Source: Planktothrix sp. GU0601_MAG3 (GTDB lineage: Bacteria > Cyanobacteriota > Cyanobacteriia > Cyanobacteriales > Microcoleaceae). Taken from it: a stretch of DNA of 64,000 nt. Of the stretch, positions 9,696 through 21,295 are shown one piece after another (position 1 is the stretch's first letter; each line of letters opens with the position of its first letter). The stretch is taken from the NCBI GenBank assembly GCA_035193785.1, contig CP136572.1, forward strand, positions 5,076,578 through 5,140,577. Reading direction: 5' to 3'. The position numbers and the translations under genes were made by a program. The notes under the pieces were generated by a model that searched no databases, had not been told where the DNA came from, and saw nothing but the letters and a program-made list of their open reading frames with translations.

Positions 9696-10649
9696 ATGAC
9701 ACGGGGAAAACGAACACAAGCCAAAGAACTCGAAGTCAGACTCCTACGGGAAGGACTGGTTGAGTCTACCCATCGGGTGCAGGCGACCGTCTGTGATCAT
9801 CGAGGACGGGTGTTATCCGTTGCTGGAAACTCCGACACCGCCACCTTTATCCGTTCCGCCTTAAAACCCTTTCAAGCCTTAGCTGTGGCTACCACAGGCA
9901 CACTGGAACGATATGATTTAACCGATATTGATTTAGCGATTATTTGTAGTTCCCATCAGGGAACCGTTGAACAGGCTCGACAGGCTTTTAATATTCTCTG
10001 GCGGGCGGATGTTGAACCCGTACAACTCCAGTGTCCGATTCCCCCCGGGAAAAATAGCCCCCTGCAACATGGCTGTTCGGGAAAACACGCCGGAATGTTA
10101 GCGGTTTGTCAACAATGTCATTGGCCCTTAGAAAGCTATTTACAACGAAAACATCCTCTGCAACAACTGATTATTGGTAAGGTCGGGGAATTATTAGGAT
10201 TACCCCCCGATGAATTCCTCGGCGCCCGGGATGACTGCGGCGCACCCACCTATTATCTGGAATTGGGTCAAATGGGGACACTCTATGCTCAATTGGCTTC
10301 TGGAGACAACCTAGACCGGGAACGAATTGTCCGGGCCATGACCCATCATCCTGAAATGGTGGCGGGAGAGGGACATTTTGATACGGAATTAATGCGTTTA
10401 ACCGAAGGCGAATTGGTCAGCAAGTCCGGGGCGGAAGGGGTGCAATGTGTGGGACGTATTGGCGAGGGTATGGGATTGGCAATTAAAGTTATGGATGGCT
10501 CCCATCGGGCTAAATATGCCACGGCAATTCATCTATTAAAACAAATGGGCTGGATTACACCGACCATCGCGGAAACCCTCTCGGAAAAATTCCTTACCCT
10601 GAGTGATTTTAAGCGTTTGGATGTGATCGGCGAATTATCGTTTTTGTAA
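9696..10649 (+). CDS. L-asparaginase II family protein
   Basis: RSALKPFQA, CSSHQG, CSGKHAGML, SKSGAEG. Confidence 0.88.
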   Translation: MTRGKRTQAKELEVRLLREGLVESTHRVQATVCDHRGRVLSVAGNSDTATFIRSALKPFQALAVATTGTLERYDLTDIDLAIICSSHQGTVEQARQAFNILWRADVEPVQLQCPIPPGKNSPLQHGCSGKHAGMLAVCQQCHWPLESYLQRKHPLQQLIIGKVGELLGLPPDEFLGARDDCGAPTYYLELGQMGTLYAQLASGDNLDRERIVRAMTHHPEMVAGEGHFDTELMRLTEGELVSKSGAEGVQCVGRIGEGMGLAIKVMDGSHRAKYATAIHLLKQMGWITPTIAETLSEKFLTLSDFKRLDVIGELSFL

Positions 10650-10858
10650 ATCAGAACTTACCCATCACCGCTATTAATATTAGGGGTAATTAATGAATTA
10701 CCCCCACCTCTAGGGTTACATTCCCAAATTTGCCTAAGTCCTGATTGCCAGAAAATCACCTGTGACTAACATCACCCTGGCTACTGAGTCAAGTCACTGT
10801 TACAATCCTTAATATTCCGTTATATTTGTTTACATAAGCCAAGTAACGGAAAAAGACC

Positions 10859-11023
10859 ATGAAAACCACCAACGAAAACGGCATCCTGAATAACTACGCC
10901 ACCGAACCCCAACTTTATTTTGCTGAGTATCCCTCACCCGAACAGCAAAATCGCTATGCAGTCCAAGCCACCGTCGCAGCACTCTTGGTGACTTCCCTGC
11001 TCCTGATTGCCTTTGTCGCCTAA
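10859..11023 (+). CDS. psb34: Psb34/Ssl1498-family PSII assembly protein (54 aa; below the ORF-track cutoff)
   Basis: Manual translation MKTTNENGILNNYATEPQLYFAEYPSPEQQNRYAVQATVAALLVTSLLLIAFVA*. Confidence 0.85.
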   Translation: MKTTNENGILNNYATEPQLYFAEYPSPEQQNRYAVQATVAALLVTSLLLIAFVA

Positions 11024-11133
11024 AATCATGGGCCATTATTTCTCTCCCCTATCTTCCCTCTAAAAAAATATTTCCCAAAAGGGGTTGCCAAATCCAGAAG
11101 GTTATGGTTATAATACAAAAGGAAGAAAAGCGA

Positions 11134-11210
<77 letters not shown>

Positions 11211-11217
11211 AATTAGA

Positions 11218-11264
11218 TAAAAATAAACCTCGCAAACTTGAATGGGTGCGGGGTTTATTTTTAT
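11218..11264. terminator. Bidirectional hairpin between the tRNA and dedA
   Basis: TAAAAATAAACCTCGCA...TGCGGGGTTTATTTTTA inverted repeat. Confidence 0.65.
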
Positions 11265-11346
11265 GGTTGTTTTTAATCAGTTTAAGGAAAGAGGGATAAA
11301 TGGCGAAGTCTTTCCCCCCGATTAGTGCGTAGTGCTATATAACCGA

Positions 11347-11955
11347 TTATCCAGCGTTTTTTCTCATATTTTTGCGAAGAATCCAAAGTCCCAAACCAAT
11401 AACTAAACTTAATAACACAATCTTAGAAACTGGGCCCAAATATTCATCGACCAAATCATAATGGTCTCCCAATAAATACCCGGCTCCTGTTAAAAAAGTC
11501 ACCCAAAGGGTTGTACCAATGGTAGAATAGATGATGAAGGGAATTAATGGCATATTGTTTAAACCCGCAGGTAAAGAAATTAATGTTCTTACCCCGGGAA
11601 CTAAACGACATAAAAAAACAGCCATACCGCCATATCGAGTGAACCAATTATTGGCTTTATCAATATCCCTACCGGAAACCGTAATCCATTTTCCGTATTT
11701 ATCCGCTAAATCTCTTAACCTTTCTTCCCCGAAGAATTTACCCGCATAATACCAAGGAAACGCCCCTAATATTGTTCCGACAACTCCCGCTAAAATTGCA
11801 GGGAAAAATTGCATTTCCCCTCGGGATACCGTAAAACCCGCTAAGGGCATAATTAACTCAGAGGGAATAGGCGGAAAGAGATTTTCTAAAAACATTAATA
11901 AACCAATTCCTAGATAACCCAAGGAACCCATAGTATTAGTAATCCATTCAACCAT
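11347..11955 (-). CDS. DedA family membrane protein
   Basis: LENLFPPIPSELIMPLAG, RLVPGVRTLISLPAG. Confidence 0.93.
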   Translation of the reverse strand: MVEWITNTMGSLGYLGIGLLMFLENLFPPIPSELIMPLAGFTVSRGEMQFFPAILAGVVGTILGAFPWYYAGKFFGEERLRDLADKYGKWITVSGRDIDKANNWFTRYGGMAVFLCRLVPGVRTLISLPAGLNNMPLIPFIIYSTIGTTLWVTFLTGAGYLLGDHYDLVDEYLGPVSKIVLLSLVIGLGLWILRKNMRKNAG

Positions 11956-12052
11956 AGTCTTTTCTTAATTTAATTGTCAAAAAAAGCAAACCGGGCTTCA
12001 GGTTTAGAAACCCGGTTTAGGGAGTAGCTCAAAAATCTACGTCAGCAACAAC

Positions 12053-13409
<1,357 letters not shown>

Positions 13410-13526
13410 TCAAGTATTCTGTTGGTGACGTCCCCATGCAACTGAGGGTTCCTCGTCAAAATTAGTGATTGTTGCAATTTATTAACATAGAGCCTAACGC
13501 GAAACTTGTCATTAGGCCAGAGGTGA

Positions 13527-13570
13527 CACAGAAACCAGAAACCAGGTTTCTCGAAGAAACCCGGTTTCTA
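13527..13570. repeat. AGAAACCGGGTTTCT-type palindromic dispersed repeat (related copies at ~11988-12019, ~16883-16905 and ~20015-20057)
   Basis: Recurrent AAACC(G/C)GGTTT inverted repeats at gene ends. Confidence 0.7.
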
Positions 13571-13572
13571 TT

Positions 13573-14481
13573 CTATTTGTTCAACAAACAATTAAGTACG
13601 ATTTCTACACAGGGAACGGGAACACTATTACCAATTAATCGCCGAAAAGTCGAATAGGAACCCACTATTTTAAATTCATCGGGAAAACCTTGCAAACGTA
13701 GCATTTCTCGCTCGGTTAATCTTCTTTCTCCATTGACTAATAAATAATTATAGGATGCTCCGGCTCTTAATGCACAGGAGTAGGGATAGGCACTAATATG
13801 ACCGGCTTTATTTTCATGCCAAATTGTCGGTTCAGTATGGGTTTTTCCTTGATATTTAATTAAACGACTATTACGGATTTTTTCCGAAGCATAATAAAAG
13901 TCTGAAACTTGCGGTTCTAAAATTTCTGTTAAGGGTTTCATCGGGATTTTTTGAATTTCCCAGCGAAAGGATAACGGTTGACGATAACCGACAATAAAAA
14001 TCCGTTCTCGCTTTTGGGGTAGTCCACAATTTAAGGCATTCAGCACTTTATATTCAACAGTATAACCCAATTTTTCTAAAACTTCAATAATAGATTTTAA
14101 GGTTTTTCCCTGGTTATGTCCGACTAATTGTTTGACATTTTCTAGGATAAAATAATTGGGTTTTTTACTAGCCAAAATTCTAGCAATATCAAAAAATAAT
14201 GTTCCTCTGGTGTCTTCAAATCCTTTAAGCTGTCCACAAATACTAAAGGGTTGACAGGGAAACCCCGCCAATAAAATATCGTGTTCGGGAATGTCTTCAG
14301 CCATAATTTGGGTAATATCTCCGGCGGGTTTTTCCCCAAAATTCATCTGATAGATTTTTTGAGCATCGGAATCAATATCTGAGGAAAAAACACATTTTGG
14401 ATTAATATTTTTAGCATTTAATACTTGATTAATCGCAATTCTAAATCCTCCAACTCCACAAAATAAATCAATATATCTCAT
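13573..14481 (-). CDS. DNA (cytosine-5) methyltransferase, no adjacent endonuclease
   Basis: Motifs I DLFCGVGG, IV GFPCQPFS, VI ENV, VIII QKRERIF, X GNSV. Confidence 0.93.
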   Translation of the reverse strand: MRYIDLFCGVGGFRIAINQVLNAKNINPKCVFSSDIDSDAQKIYQMNFGEKPAGDITQIMAEDIPEHDILLAGFPCQPFSICGQLKGFEDTRGTLFFDIARILASKKPNYFILENVKQLVGHNQGKTLKSIIEVLEKLGYTVEYKVLNALNCGLPQKRERIFIVGYRQPLSFRWEIQKIPMKPLTEILEPQVSDFYYASEKIRNSRLIKYQGKTHTEPTIWHENKAGHISAYPYSCALRAGASYNYLLVNGERRLTEREMLRLQGFPDEFKIVGSYSTFRRLIGNSVPVPCVEIVLNCLLNK

Positions 14482-14503
14482 TCTTGATTTCTACGTTATA
14501 TGG

Positions 14504-14711
14504 CTCAGGGAAACCAGGGTTTTGTAGGGGTAGTGCCCCCGTGCCTACCCTCCCCATCCACGATTTGCAGGCGTTTCAGGGATTGGGGCAACCACGGGGG
14601 GATTGGGGCAACCACGGGGGGATTGGGGCAACCACGGGGGGATTGGGGCAACCACGGGGGGATTGGGGCAACCACGGGGGGATTGCCCCTACAAAGAATG
14701 AAACAGCCCTG
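14504..14711. mobile_element. MITE copy 1 (left end truncated) with 5 x 20-bp GATTGGGGCAACCACGGGGG
   Basis: Near-identical to 23971-24298; keeps only the right TIR AGAATGAAACAGCCCTG. Confidence 0.85.
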
Positions 14712-14799
14712 GGGGTGTTAAGAGGGTTGAAAGACCCAAACCCTACGATAAAATGTTACAACCAGAAGTATTACCTGTTCCGGTGTTACCTCTCAAAAA

Positions 14800-15018
14800 T
14801 TAAGCTATTTCAAAATAGTCTATTTGCAATACAGGGCCAATCATTGCCAAGGTCATAATATCCTCTCGAATTTGACCTGTAATGGTGACTTTTAACCCCG
14901 ATTTTTGCAAATCTTTGGGAGGATTATGGAGTTCATAGGTTTTGCCATCGCTGACTAATGCCCAGGTTCCAGAACCAAATCCTTTCCGCTCAATTGTACC
15001 TGTAACGGTGATATTCAT
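14800..15018 (-). CDS. Small hypothetical protein
   Basis: 72 aa, start overlaps the S8 protease stop; GFGSGTWAL..G.TYEL..AMIGPVL. Confidence 0.75.
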   Translation of the reverse strand: MNITVTGTIERKGFGSGTWALVSDGKTYELHNPPKDLQKSGLKVTITGQIREDIMTLAMIGPVLQIDYFEIA

Positions 15019-16848
15019 ATCGCGTTTACCTGAGTTTTAATCGCCAAACGAGCCAACCCAAAACATAACAAAGCATTGGTAACTAAAAACAGTTGAGGGA
15101 CGAAACCTTTGCCTAATCCCCAAACAGTAGGAGAGACTATCGCACTAATTCCTAAACAACTGGCTGTTCCAATGGTTATTCCAATCGCCACCCATTTCCA
15201 ATGTGGATGTCCCAGGAATAATACTATTAAAATTGCCGGAATTAATACACTGGCAAATAGGGGATTTAAAGTCGAACTTCCTTGAATTGCGCCCCCTAAT
15301 TCCGGCAGAGAACTACCCATCATTCGCATCGGCCATTGGGGTAAATCAAAGATATAGAAACCCCGCAGGAAAAATAAACCACTACTTCCCGCAACTAATC
15401 CCCCGGCCAAAGACCAACCCCATTGAAACGGGAAATAATTTCTTAGAAACCACGCTAATAAATAGGAACCCAAAACCATCGCTAATTTAGGCAATAATGC
15501 CACCGCCCCGCCATCAACCCAAAATCGAGGACTCAGATAACCATTATCGCGTAACCAACGAAAGAAATCTCGGAAAGTAATTTGTCCTTTCAATGCCATT
15601 TGTACGGCGTTTGTGGCATCTAAATGACCCGCCCCGAAATGATTTAGGGGGTCTTCTGAAACTTTGCGGGCAGATTCTTTGAGAATATTAATAACTTGAT
15701 TCGGTTTCGGTAACTCCACTGGCTTTAATTAATGCGGCTACCCCAGCAACGTGCGGCGCCGCCATACTTGTGCCTTGAAAAGCTGCAAAAACCGCGTCAC
15801 CCGTTGCCGGGTCAATGGTATTTTGTAGGATACCTCCGACTTGATTTTCCCCTTCAATTAATCCTCCCGGGGCGGCAATATCAACCCCAGCGCCAAAATT
15901 AGAATAGGGGGTTTTATTTCCCGCCGCATCTAACGCCGCCACACCTAAAACTTTAGGATAACGGGCAGGATATCCGGCGCAATTTTCCCCGGAATTTCCC
16001 GCGGCTCCAATAATTACAACTCCTTTAGAATAGGCATAATCAATGGCTTCTTGCATTAAATGACTTTCGCCACCACCACCTAAACTCATGTTAATCACAT
16101 CGGCGTTATGGTCAGCAGCAAATTTAATCGCTTCGGCAATATCAGAAATCGTGCCACCGCCCCCGGAACTTAATACTTTTAGGGGCATAATTTTGGCTTT
16201 ATAAGCAATACCAGTTACGCCATAATTATTATTAGTAGATTGGGCAATAGTTCCGGCAACATGGGTTCCATGTCCGTTATCATCAAAGGCTTCAATTTTA
16301 TCATTCACAAAATCATAGCCTTCCACAAATTGGGTCTGTTCTAAATCGGGAACTAGACTAACTCCACTATCAATAACGGCAACGGTAACTCCTTCTCCCT
16401 GGGTTTCACTCCAGGCCCCCTCTAAATTAATACTACGAAAATTCCATTGTTTCCCATATAAAGGGTCATTGGGAATTGTATTTGCCATATTATAAATAAT
16501 CGCGGCTTGAGAATTTTCCCCTGGAATTTCGTCCGCACGATAGATATAATTGGGTTCAATAAATTCTGTCTGTTTACCCAAGGATTTTCTCAAGGATTTT
16601 AGTAGTTTGGCATCCCCTCTAACCACATAAACGTTATCCGCTTGAGAAAATTCACTATTGAGATAGGGAACAATTTGATATTGTTCAGAAATTGACCGCA
16701 CTTGATTGGCAATTTCCGATTGCCCTAAAGATTCCTTAAAATCAAGTACAATACTGTCATAACTGCCTTGATTAGCAAGACCGGAGAAGTTAGAAACTGC
16801 CCAGCCTAAACCCACTAAAAATAAGCAGAATAGGAAAAATTTTTTCAT
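15015..16848 (-). CDS. S8 subtilisin-like serine protease with C-terminal multi-TM domain; apparent frameshift at ~15705
   Basis: VAVIDSG, HGTHVAGTIA, GTSMAAPHVAG; the 15015-15719 ORF continues the frame. Confidence 0.9.
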
Positions 16849-16995
16849 CGTTTTTCAAAAGTTGAGGTTGATGAGAAGTCAGCGGTTTCCAGAAACCGGG
16901 TTTCCTGGGTCTGAACATATATCTTATTCCTATTCTATCTATCATCATCAAAATAGATGATCATAGATAATAACTTTCACAGAGGAAAAATTACA

Positions 16996-17406
16996 ATGGA
17001 ACGTGGTTTATTATGGCTTCCCCTGCTGGCGGTATTTATCGGTCTAGCTTGGTCGGGTTGGAATGAATACCGAAAATTGGAGGCCTATCAAGCCTGGGCG
17101 ACCGATTTTGATAAGGCTAAATATGATATTTATGCGGTTTTGGGCCTCAAGGAAATGGACTTAACCTGGGGAAAACCCACCCGCAAAGGCCCAATTAATT
17201 TAGAAACCTTTTCTCTCAAACAGGTAGAGTCTTTGAGGTTATTGGTGGAAAATCAAGCCGTTGACCCGAATATCCCCCCAGAAAAAGGAAAAGCGATCGC
17301 GTTAGAATTTAGATTCACCGATGCTGCTCAAATTGTCCAAATTCCCTTTACAGAAATTTCTCTAGCCGTCCGATGGCATAAATACCTTCAGTCTTTAATA
17401 CGGTAA
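16996..17406 (+). CDS. Hypothetical protein with N-terminal TM
   Basis: MERGLLWLPLL..., AKYDIYAVLG. Confidence 0.75.
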   Translation: MERGLLWLPLLAVFIGLAWSGWNEYRKLEAYQAWATDFDKAKYDIYAVLGLKEMDLTWGKPTRKGPINLETFSLKQVESLRLLVENQAVDPNIPPEKGKAIALEFRFTDAAQIVQIPFTEISLAVRWHKYLQSLIR

Positions 17407-17524
17407 TCTTGTAGGAGTTAGGGCTTCTTCCCTCCGGTAAAAAGATTATACTAGGGGAAATCAGGGTTATTTTCCTTAATAATCTGAAAATCACTTCTGA
17501 TTTTTACCTTTTTTTACCTAAAGT

Positions 17525-18031
17525 ATGAATTTTAAACAATTACCTAAAAATTTAATCGCCTTAACCCTGGCAATGTCGTTATTAATATCGGCTTGCGGGG
17601 GCAAAGATTCTATACCTCCATCGGAGAATCAATCTGTTAATAACTCCGCCCCAACTACCGTGGCACAGAAACCTGTTTCTGGTAGCCAATTTAATCAGTT
17701 TTTCCCTAAAAGTCAAGACGGTTATCAGGTTGTTTTTGCTCAGGAAAAAACTGGTTTTGCCGAAGCTAAATTAAATCAAGGGGGGCAAAATGTAGCCATG
17801 CTTTCGATTAATGACCTGGCTAATAATCCCAGTGCGGCAACTAAATATCAACAGAGTAGTCAAACTATTAGTGGATATCCGGCCGTCACTCAAGGGAAAA
17901 ATACCACTGCTATTCTAGTCGCAAACCGCCATCAAGTCAAAGTTCAATCTCGTTCTGAATCCTTTACAGCTAATGACCGAGAAAACTGGCTGGGAAAATT
18001 CAATTTGAATGGGTTATCCCGAGTAAAATGA
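17525..18031 (+). CDS. Putative lipoprotein
   Basis: Lipobox ISAC after a hydrophobic stretch. Confidence 0.8.
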   Translation: MNFKQLPKNLIALTLAMSLLISACGGKDSIPPSENQSVNNSAPTTVAQKPVSGSQFNQFFPKSQDGYQVVFAQEKTGFAEAKLNQGGQNVAMLSINDLANNPSAATKYQQSSQTISGYPAVTQGKNTTAILVANRHQVKVQSRSESFTANDRENWLGKFNLNGLSRVK

Positions 18032-18077
18032 TATTAGTTAGCATTTCTAGCAACAATAACTGTACTATTTTAGGAGA

Positions 18078-18977
18078 ATGACTGTGAGTAAATCTATCAC
18101 TCAATTAGTGGATGAATTACCAACGGGCGGCATTACCGTTATGGTTTTGCGCGGGTTAGACTTTGTAATTCCGGGTCAATGGAATAATTTAGTTGGGTTT
18201 GAAAATACAGTTAAAACTATTACCGGAGAAGATGACCCTGCCTATATTCAACAGGTCAGTGAACGGGCTTTATGGCTCTATAATGACAAAAAACAAGAAC
18301 AGGATTATCAACGGGCGTTGTGGTTATATCAAACCATTGATAGTGCAGGAACTGCTTTAGGAACCGCAGCTTTAGCTAATAAAATTGGGGAAAATATCAG
18401 TTTTTTAGGCTTTTTAAATAAATTAACCCCCAAAGCAAACAAAGCCCAAGCGATTGATTTATCCCTAAAATTAGTGGCGGAATTAGTCGGATTTTGCTTA
18501 ATTAATGGTATCCCGGGTGATAGTATTGGGGACTTTTTAGCCGCATTAGGAGATTATGGTGGAGAATCTTTAATGCGGATGACTGCCTTAGTTTGTTTGG
18601 ATGGTTTAATTCCTTTAGGGCCAGATTTTATTAGTTCGGCGTTATCAACTATTGGAAACTTAACCCCGGAAGAATTAGAAAAAAATGAAGGCTTTAAACG
18701 GATTAATGATGTAATTCCCGGTAAAACTTCTGAAGGGAAATTACAGTTTGTGCAAGGAAGTTTTGATTCCGTCAAGGGTTGGATGGGAGATTTTGTTTCT
18801 CAACATGATTTAACCCCGGAAAAAGTAGTTAAAAATCTGCAAGGATTTGTCGATATTACCAATGATAAGTTAGATTATGTCGCCGCATTTTTAGACATGA
18901 CTACTAACTATTATACCCATACCGGAACTCAAACCTTAGCCCGTCGTTTAATTGAACGAGCCTCCGCCGAAATTTAA
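18078..18977 (+). CDS. Hypothetical protein (likely co-transcribed with the lipoprotein)
   Basis: 299-aa ORF, AGGAG RBS. Confidence 0.8.
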   Translation: MTVSKSITQLVDELPTGGITVMVLRGLDFVIPGQWNNLVGFENTVKTITGEDDPAYIQQVSERALWLYNDKKQEQDYQRALWLYQTIDSAGTALGTAALANKIGENISFLGFLNKLTPKANKAQAIDLSLKLVAELVGFCLINGIPGDSIGDFLAALGDYGGESLMRMTALVCLDGLIPLGPDFISSALSTIGNLTPEELEKNEGFKRINDVIPGKTSEGKLQFVQGSFDSVKGWMGDFVSQHDLTPEKVVKNLQGFVDITNDKLDYVAAFLDMTTNYYTHTGTQTLARRLIERASAEI

Positions 18978-19089
18978 CCAAAAAAATCAGGGGTAGGGTT
19001 TTCCCACCCCTGCACAAAAATCAATCATCCGTTAAAATAGCTGCAATATTCTGGTAAATTGTTGTTGAAATTAAAATAAGGAAGTCTCT

Positions 19090-19548
19090 ATGTCTGAAGA
19101 AACAAAACCCAATGCTGAAGCCACCACCCCAGAAACACCAAGCGAAAAACCAGCCGAGAAGAAAGCCAAAGCTCCGGCATTAGAAGATAAACCTTTCGGT
19201 GAGTTTATCCAACAGGACTATATTCCCGCCTTAGAAAAAGCATTAAATAGTCAAGGTGTTGAGGATTTAAACCTCAAATTTGCTAAAGAAAAATTGCCTT
19301 CTGGCTTAGGAGTTAGTCAAGATTGTTGGCAAGTGGTTGGTCAATGGCAACAGGGAAAACGCCAGTTCAATGTCTATTTTCCCAATGAAGATATTAGTTC
19401 TTTAAAGTTATTTACCTGTGCTTTAAATGGGATTAAACCCTCTACAATTGAGCCATTTTTAGGGGATGAACGAAAAATTAATCTTGATTTATTAGTGTTT
19501 GGCGTAGTTCAACGGTTGAATGCACAAAAATGGTTAACTCGTAACTAA
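19090..19548 (+). CDS. ndhV: DUF2996 family / NDH-1 subunit NdhV
   Basis: [36 protein letters not shown]. Confidence 0.8.
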   Translation: MSEETKPNAEATTPETPSEKPAEKKAKAPALEDKPFGEFIQQDYIPALEKALNSQGVEDLNLKFAKEKLPSGLGVSQDCWQVVGQWQQGKRQFNVYFPNEDISSLKLFTCALNGIKPSTIEPFLGDERKINLDLLVFGVVQRLNAQKWLTRN

Positions 19549-19603
19549 TAGTAGGGAACAGGGAATAGGGAACACCAGAACAGCTTACTTTACTAGAGGT
19601 CTT

Positions 19604-20005
19604 ATGGTAGATAAAATCAAAAAAACCGATGCCGAATGGAAACAACAACTCAGTGATGAACAATTCCGTGTAACTCGGAAAAAAGGCACGGAACGCGCAT
19701 TTGCAGGAAAATACCATGATAATAAAGAAAAGGGTATTTATAAATGCGTTTGTTGTGGCACGGAGTTATTTACTTCCGAAACAAAATTTGATTCGGGAAC
19801 TGGATGGCCGAGTTTTTGGCAACCCATTAACGAAGAAAATGTTAAATGTGAAAATGATTTCAGTTTCTTCATGCGTCGAACTGAAGTTCTTTGTGCCGCT
19901 TGTGATGCCCATTTAGGTCATGTTTTTGATGATGGCCCTAAACCCACAGGACAACGCTATTGTATGAATTCTGCGGCTTTAAATTTCGAGAAATCAGAAG
20001 GTTAA
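19604..20005 (+). CDS. msrB: Peptide-methionine (R)-S-oxide reductase
   Basis: [33 protein letters not shown]. Confidence 0.97.
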   Translation: MVDKIKKTDAEWKQQLSDEQFRVTRKKGTERAFAGKYHDNKEKGIYKCVCCGTELFTSETKFDSGTGWPSFWQPINEENVKCENDFSFFMRRTEVLCAACDAHLGHVFDDGPKPTGQRYCMNSAALNFEKSEG

Positions 20006-20123
20006 TTCCAAAATAGAAACCGGGTTTGGTGGGGAAAAAATTCACCCAACTCGGTTTAAAAATTTCAGGGAATAGGGAACAGGGAATAGGGACTGAAAAG
20101 TGTCCTAACTATAATGCGTAGCG

Positions 20124-21065
20124 CTATAGTATTGCGTTATGTTTGCTTTTTTTTCCTAATGCAATCATCATCGAACCTGTAACTACAATAATCGCTCCTA
20201 TCACAGCAAAAACAGTTAAATTTTCCGGTTCAATTAAATCGGGAAATAGTACCGCAATGCTATCAACAGAAATCAGGGTAATAATCGGAGCTAAGGCTAA
20301 AACAGCACTGACTCTTGACGCTTCCCAATGTTCTAAAGATTCGGCAAAACAACCATAGGCAATTAGGGTATTTAGTCCGCAAAATAGTAGAATTAATAAC
20401 TGAAATGGGGTTAAGGTAAAAATTGCCGATGGGGTGGCGACGGGTAAATATAAAATTGTACAGCTTCCATAAATAAATGCCATAACTTGAGAGGAGGAAA
20501 GAGATTGTAAAAGTTGTTTTTGAGCTAAGGCATAAATTGCCCAGGATATCGCTCCAACTCCTAGTAAAAAACTTCCCAATAAATATTGATTAGATGCGGT
20601 AACTAAAACTTTTAATTGTTCATTAAAAAATAAACTAAATCCCAAGGTCAATACCCCTAACCCTAACCATTGTAGGCGGGTATAATGTTCTTTAAAAATA
20701 ACTAATGCCCCTAACCCCATTAAAACCGGAGATAGTTGAATTAAAACTTCAGCATTGGTAGGAGAAGTCAAGGCTAAACCCTGCAAAAATAGGATATAAT
20801 TACCCGCTAAAAATATTGTAGCGATGCCTAATAGACCCCAAGGGATTAAACGGATTGTTTCTATATTAGGAAGTTGTTTACGAATGGTTAAATATCCCCC
20901 TAACAACACAAAAGCAATAACAAATCGATACCAAGTTACGGTATAAACATCTAAACCTTGTAAAATAATTGCCAATGCTAACGGCAGAATCCCCCATAAA
21001 AATGTTGTTAATAGTGCTAACCCTAACCCTAAGCGCCATCGTCCTGAAGTTGAATGAATTGACAT
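20124..21065 (-). CDS. DMT/EamA family transporter
   Basis: Ten hydrophobic segments, two EamA-like halves. Confidence 0.88.
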   Translation of the reverse strand: MSIHSTSGRWRLGLGLALLTTFLWGILPLALAIILQGLDVYTVTWYRFVIAFVLLGGYLTIRKQLPNIETIRLIPWGLLGIATIFLAGNYILFLQGLALTSPTNAEVLIQLSPVLMGLGALVIFKEHYTRLQWLGLGVLTLGFSLFFNEQLKVLVTASNQYLLGSFLLGVGAISWAIYALAQKQLLQSLSSSQVMAFIYGSCTILYLPVATPSAIFTLTPFQLLILLFCGLNTLIAYGCFAESLEHWEASRVSAVLALAPIITLISVDSIAVLFPDLIEPENLTVFAVIGAIIVVTGSMMIALGKKSKHNAIL

Positions 21066-21234
21066 TATAATATTCCATCCTTTAATGTTTGCTACAAATA
21101 CTTGATCAGGTGGCTAATCACTTTTTCTATCCCTTATCCCCTGTTCCCTGATCCGGTGTTCCCTTGCCATCTGTAGCACTAATTCAATGATTTTATATAA
21201 AATTATTGACTACCTTTTTCTAACATAAAATATT

Positions 21235-21270
21235 ACAGCGATCGCTATTTTAAAAAATAACGATCGCTGT
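21235..21270. terminator. HIP1-containing hairpin downstream of glgB
   Basis: ACAGCGATCGCTATTTT..AAAATAACGATCGCTGT. Confidence 0.6.
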
Positions 21271-21295
21271 TTTTCCTAGGTTTAATTTAAGCTGA

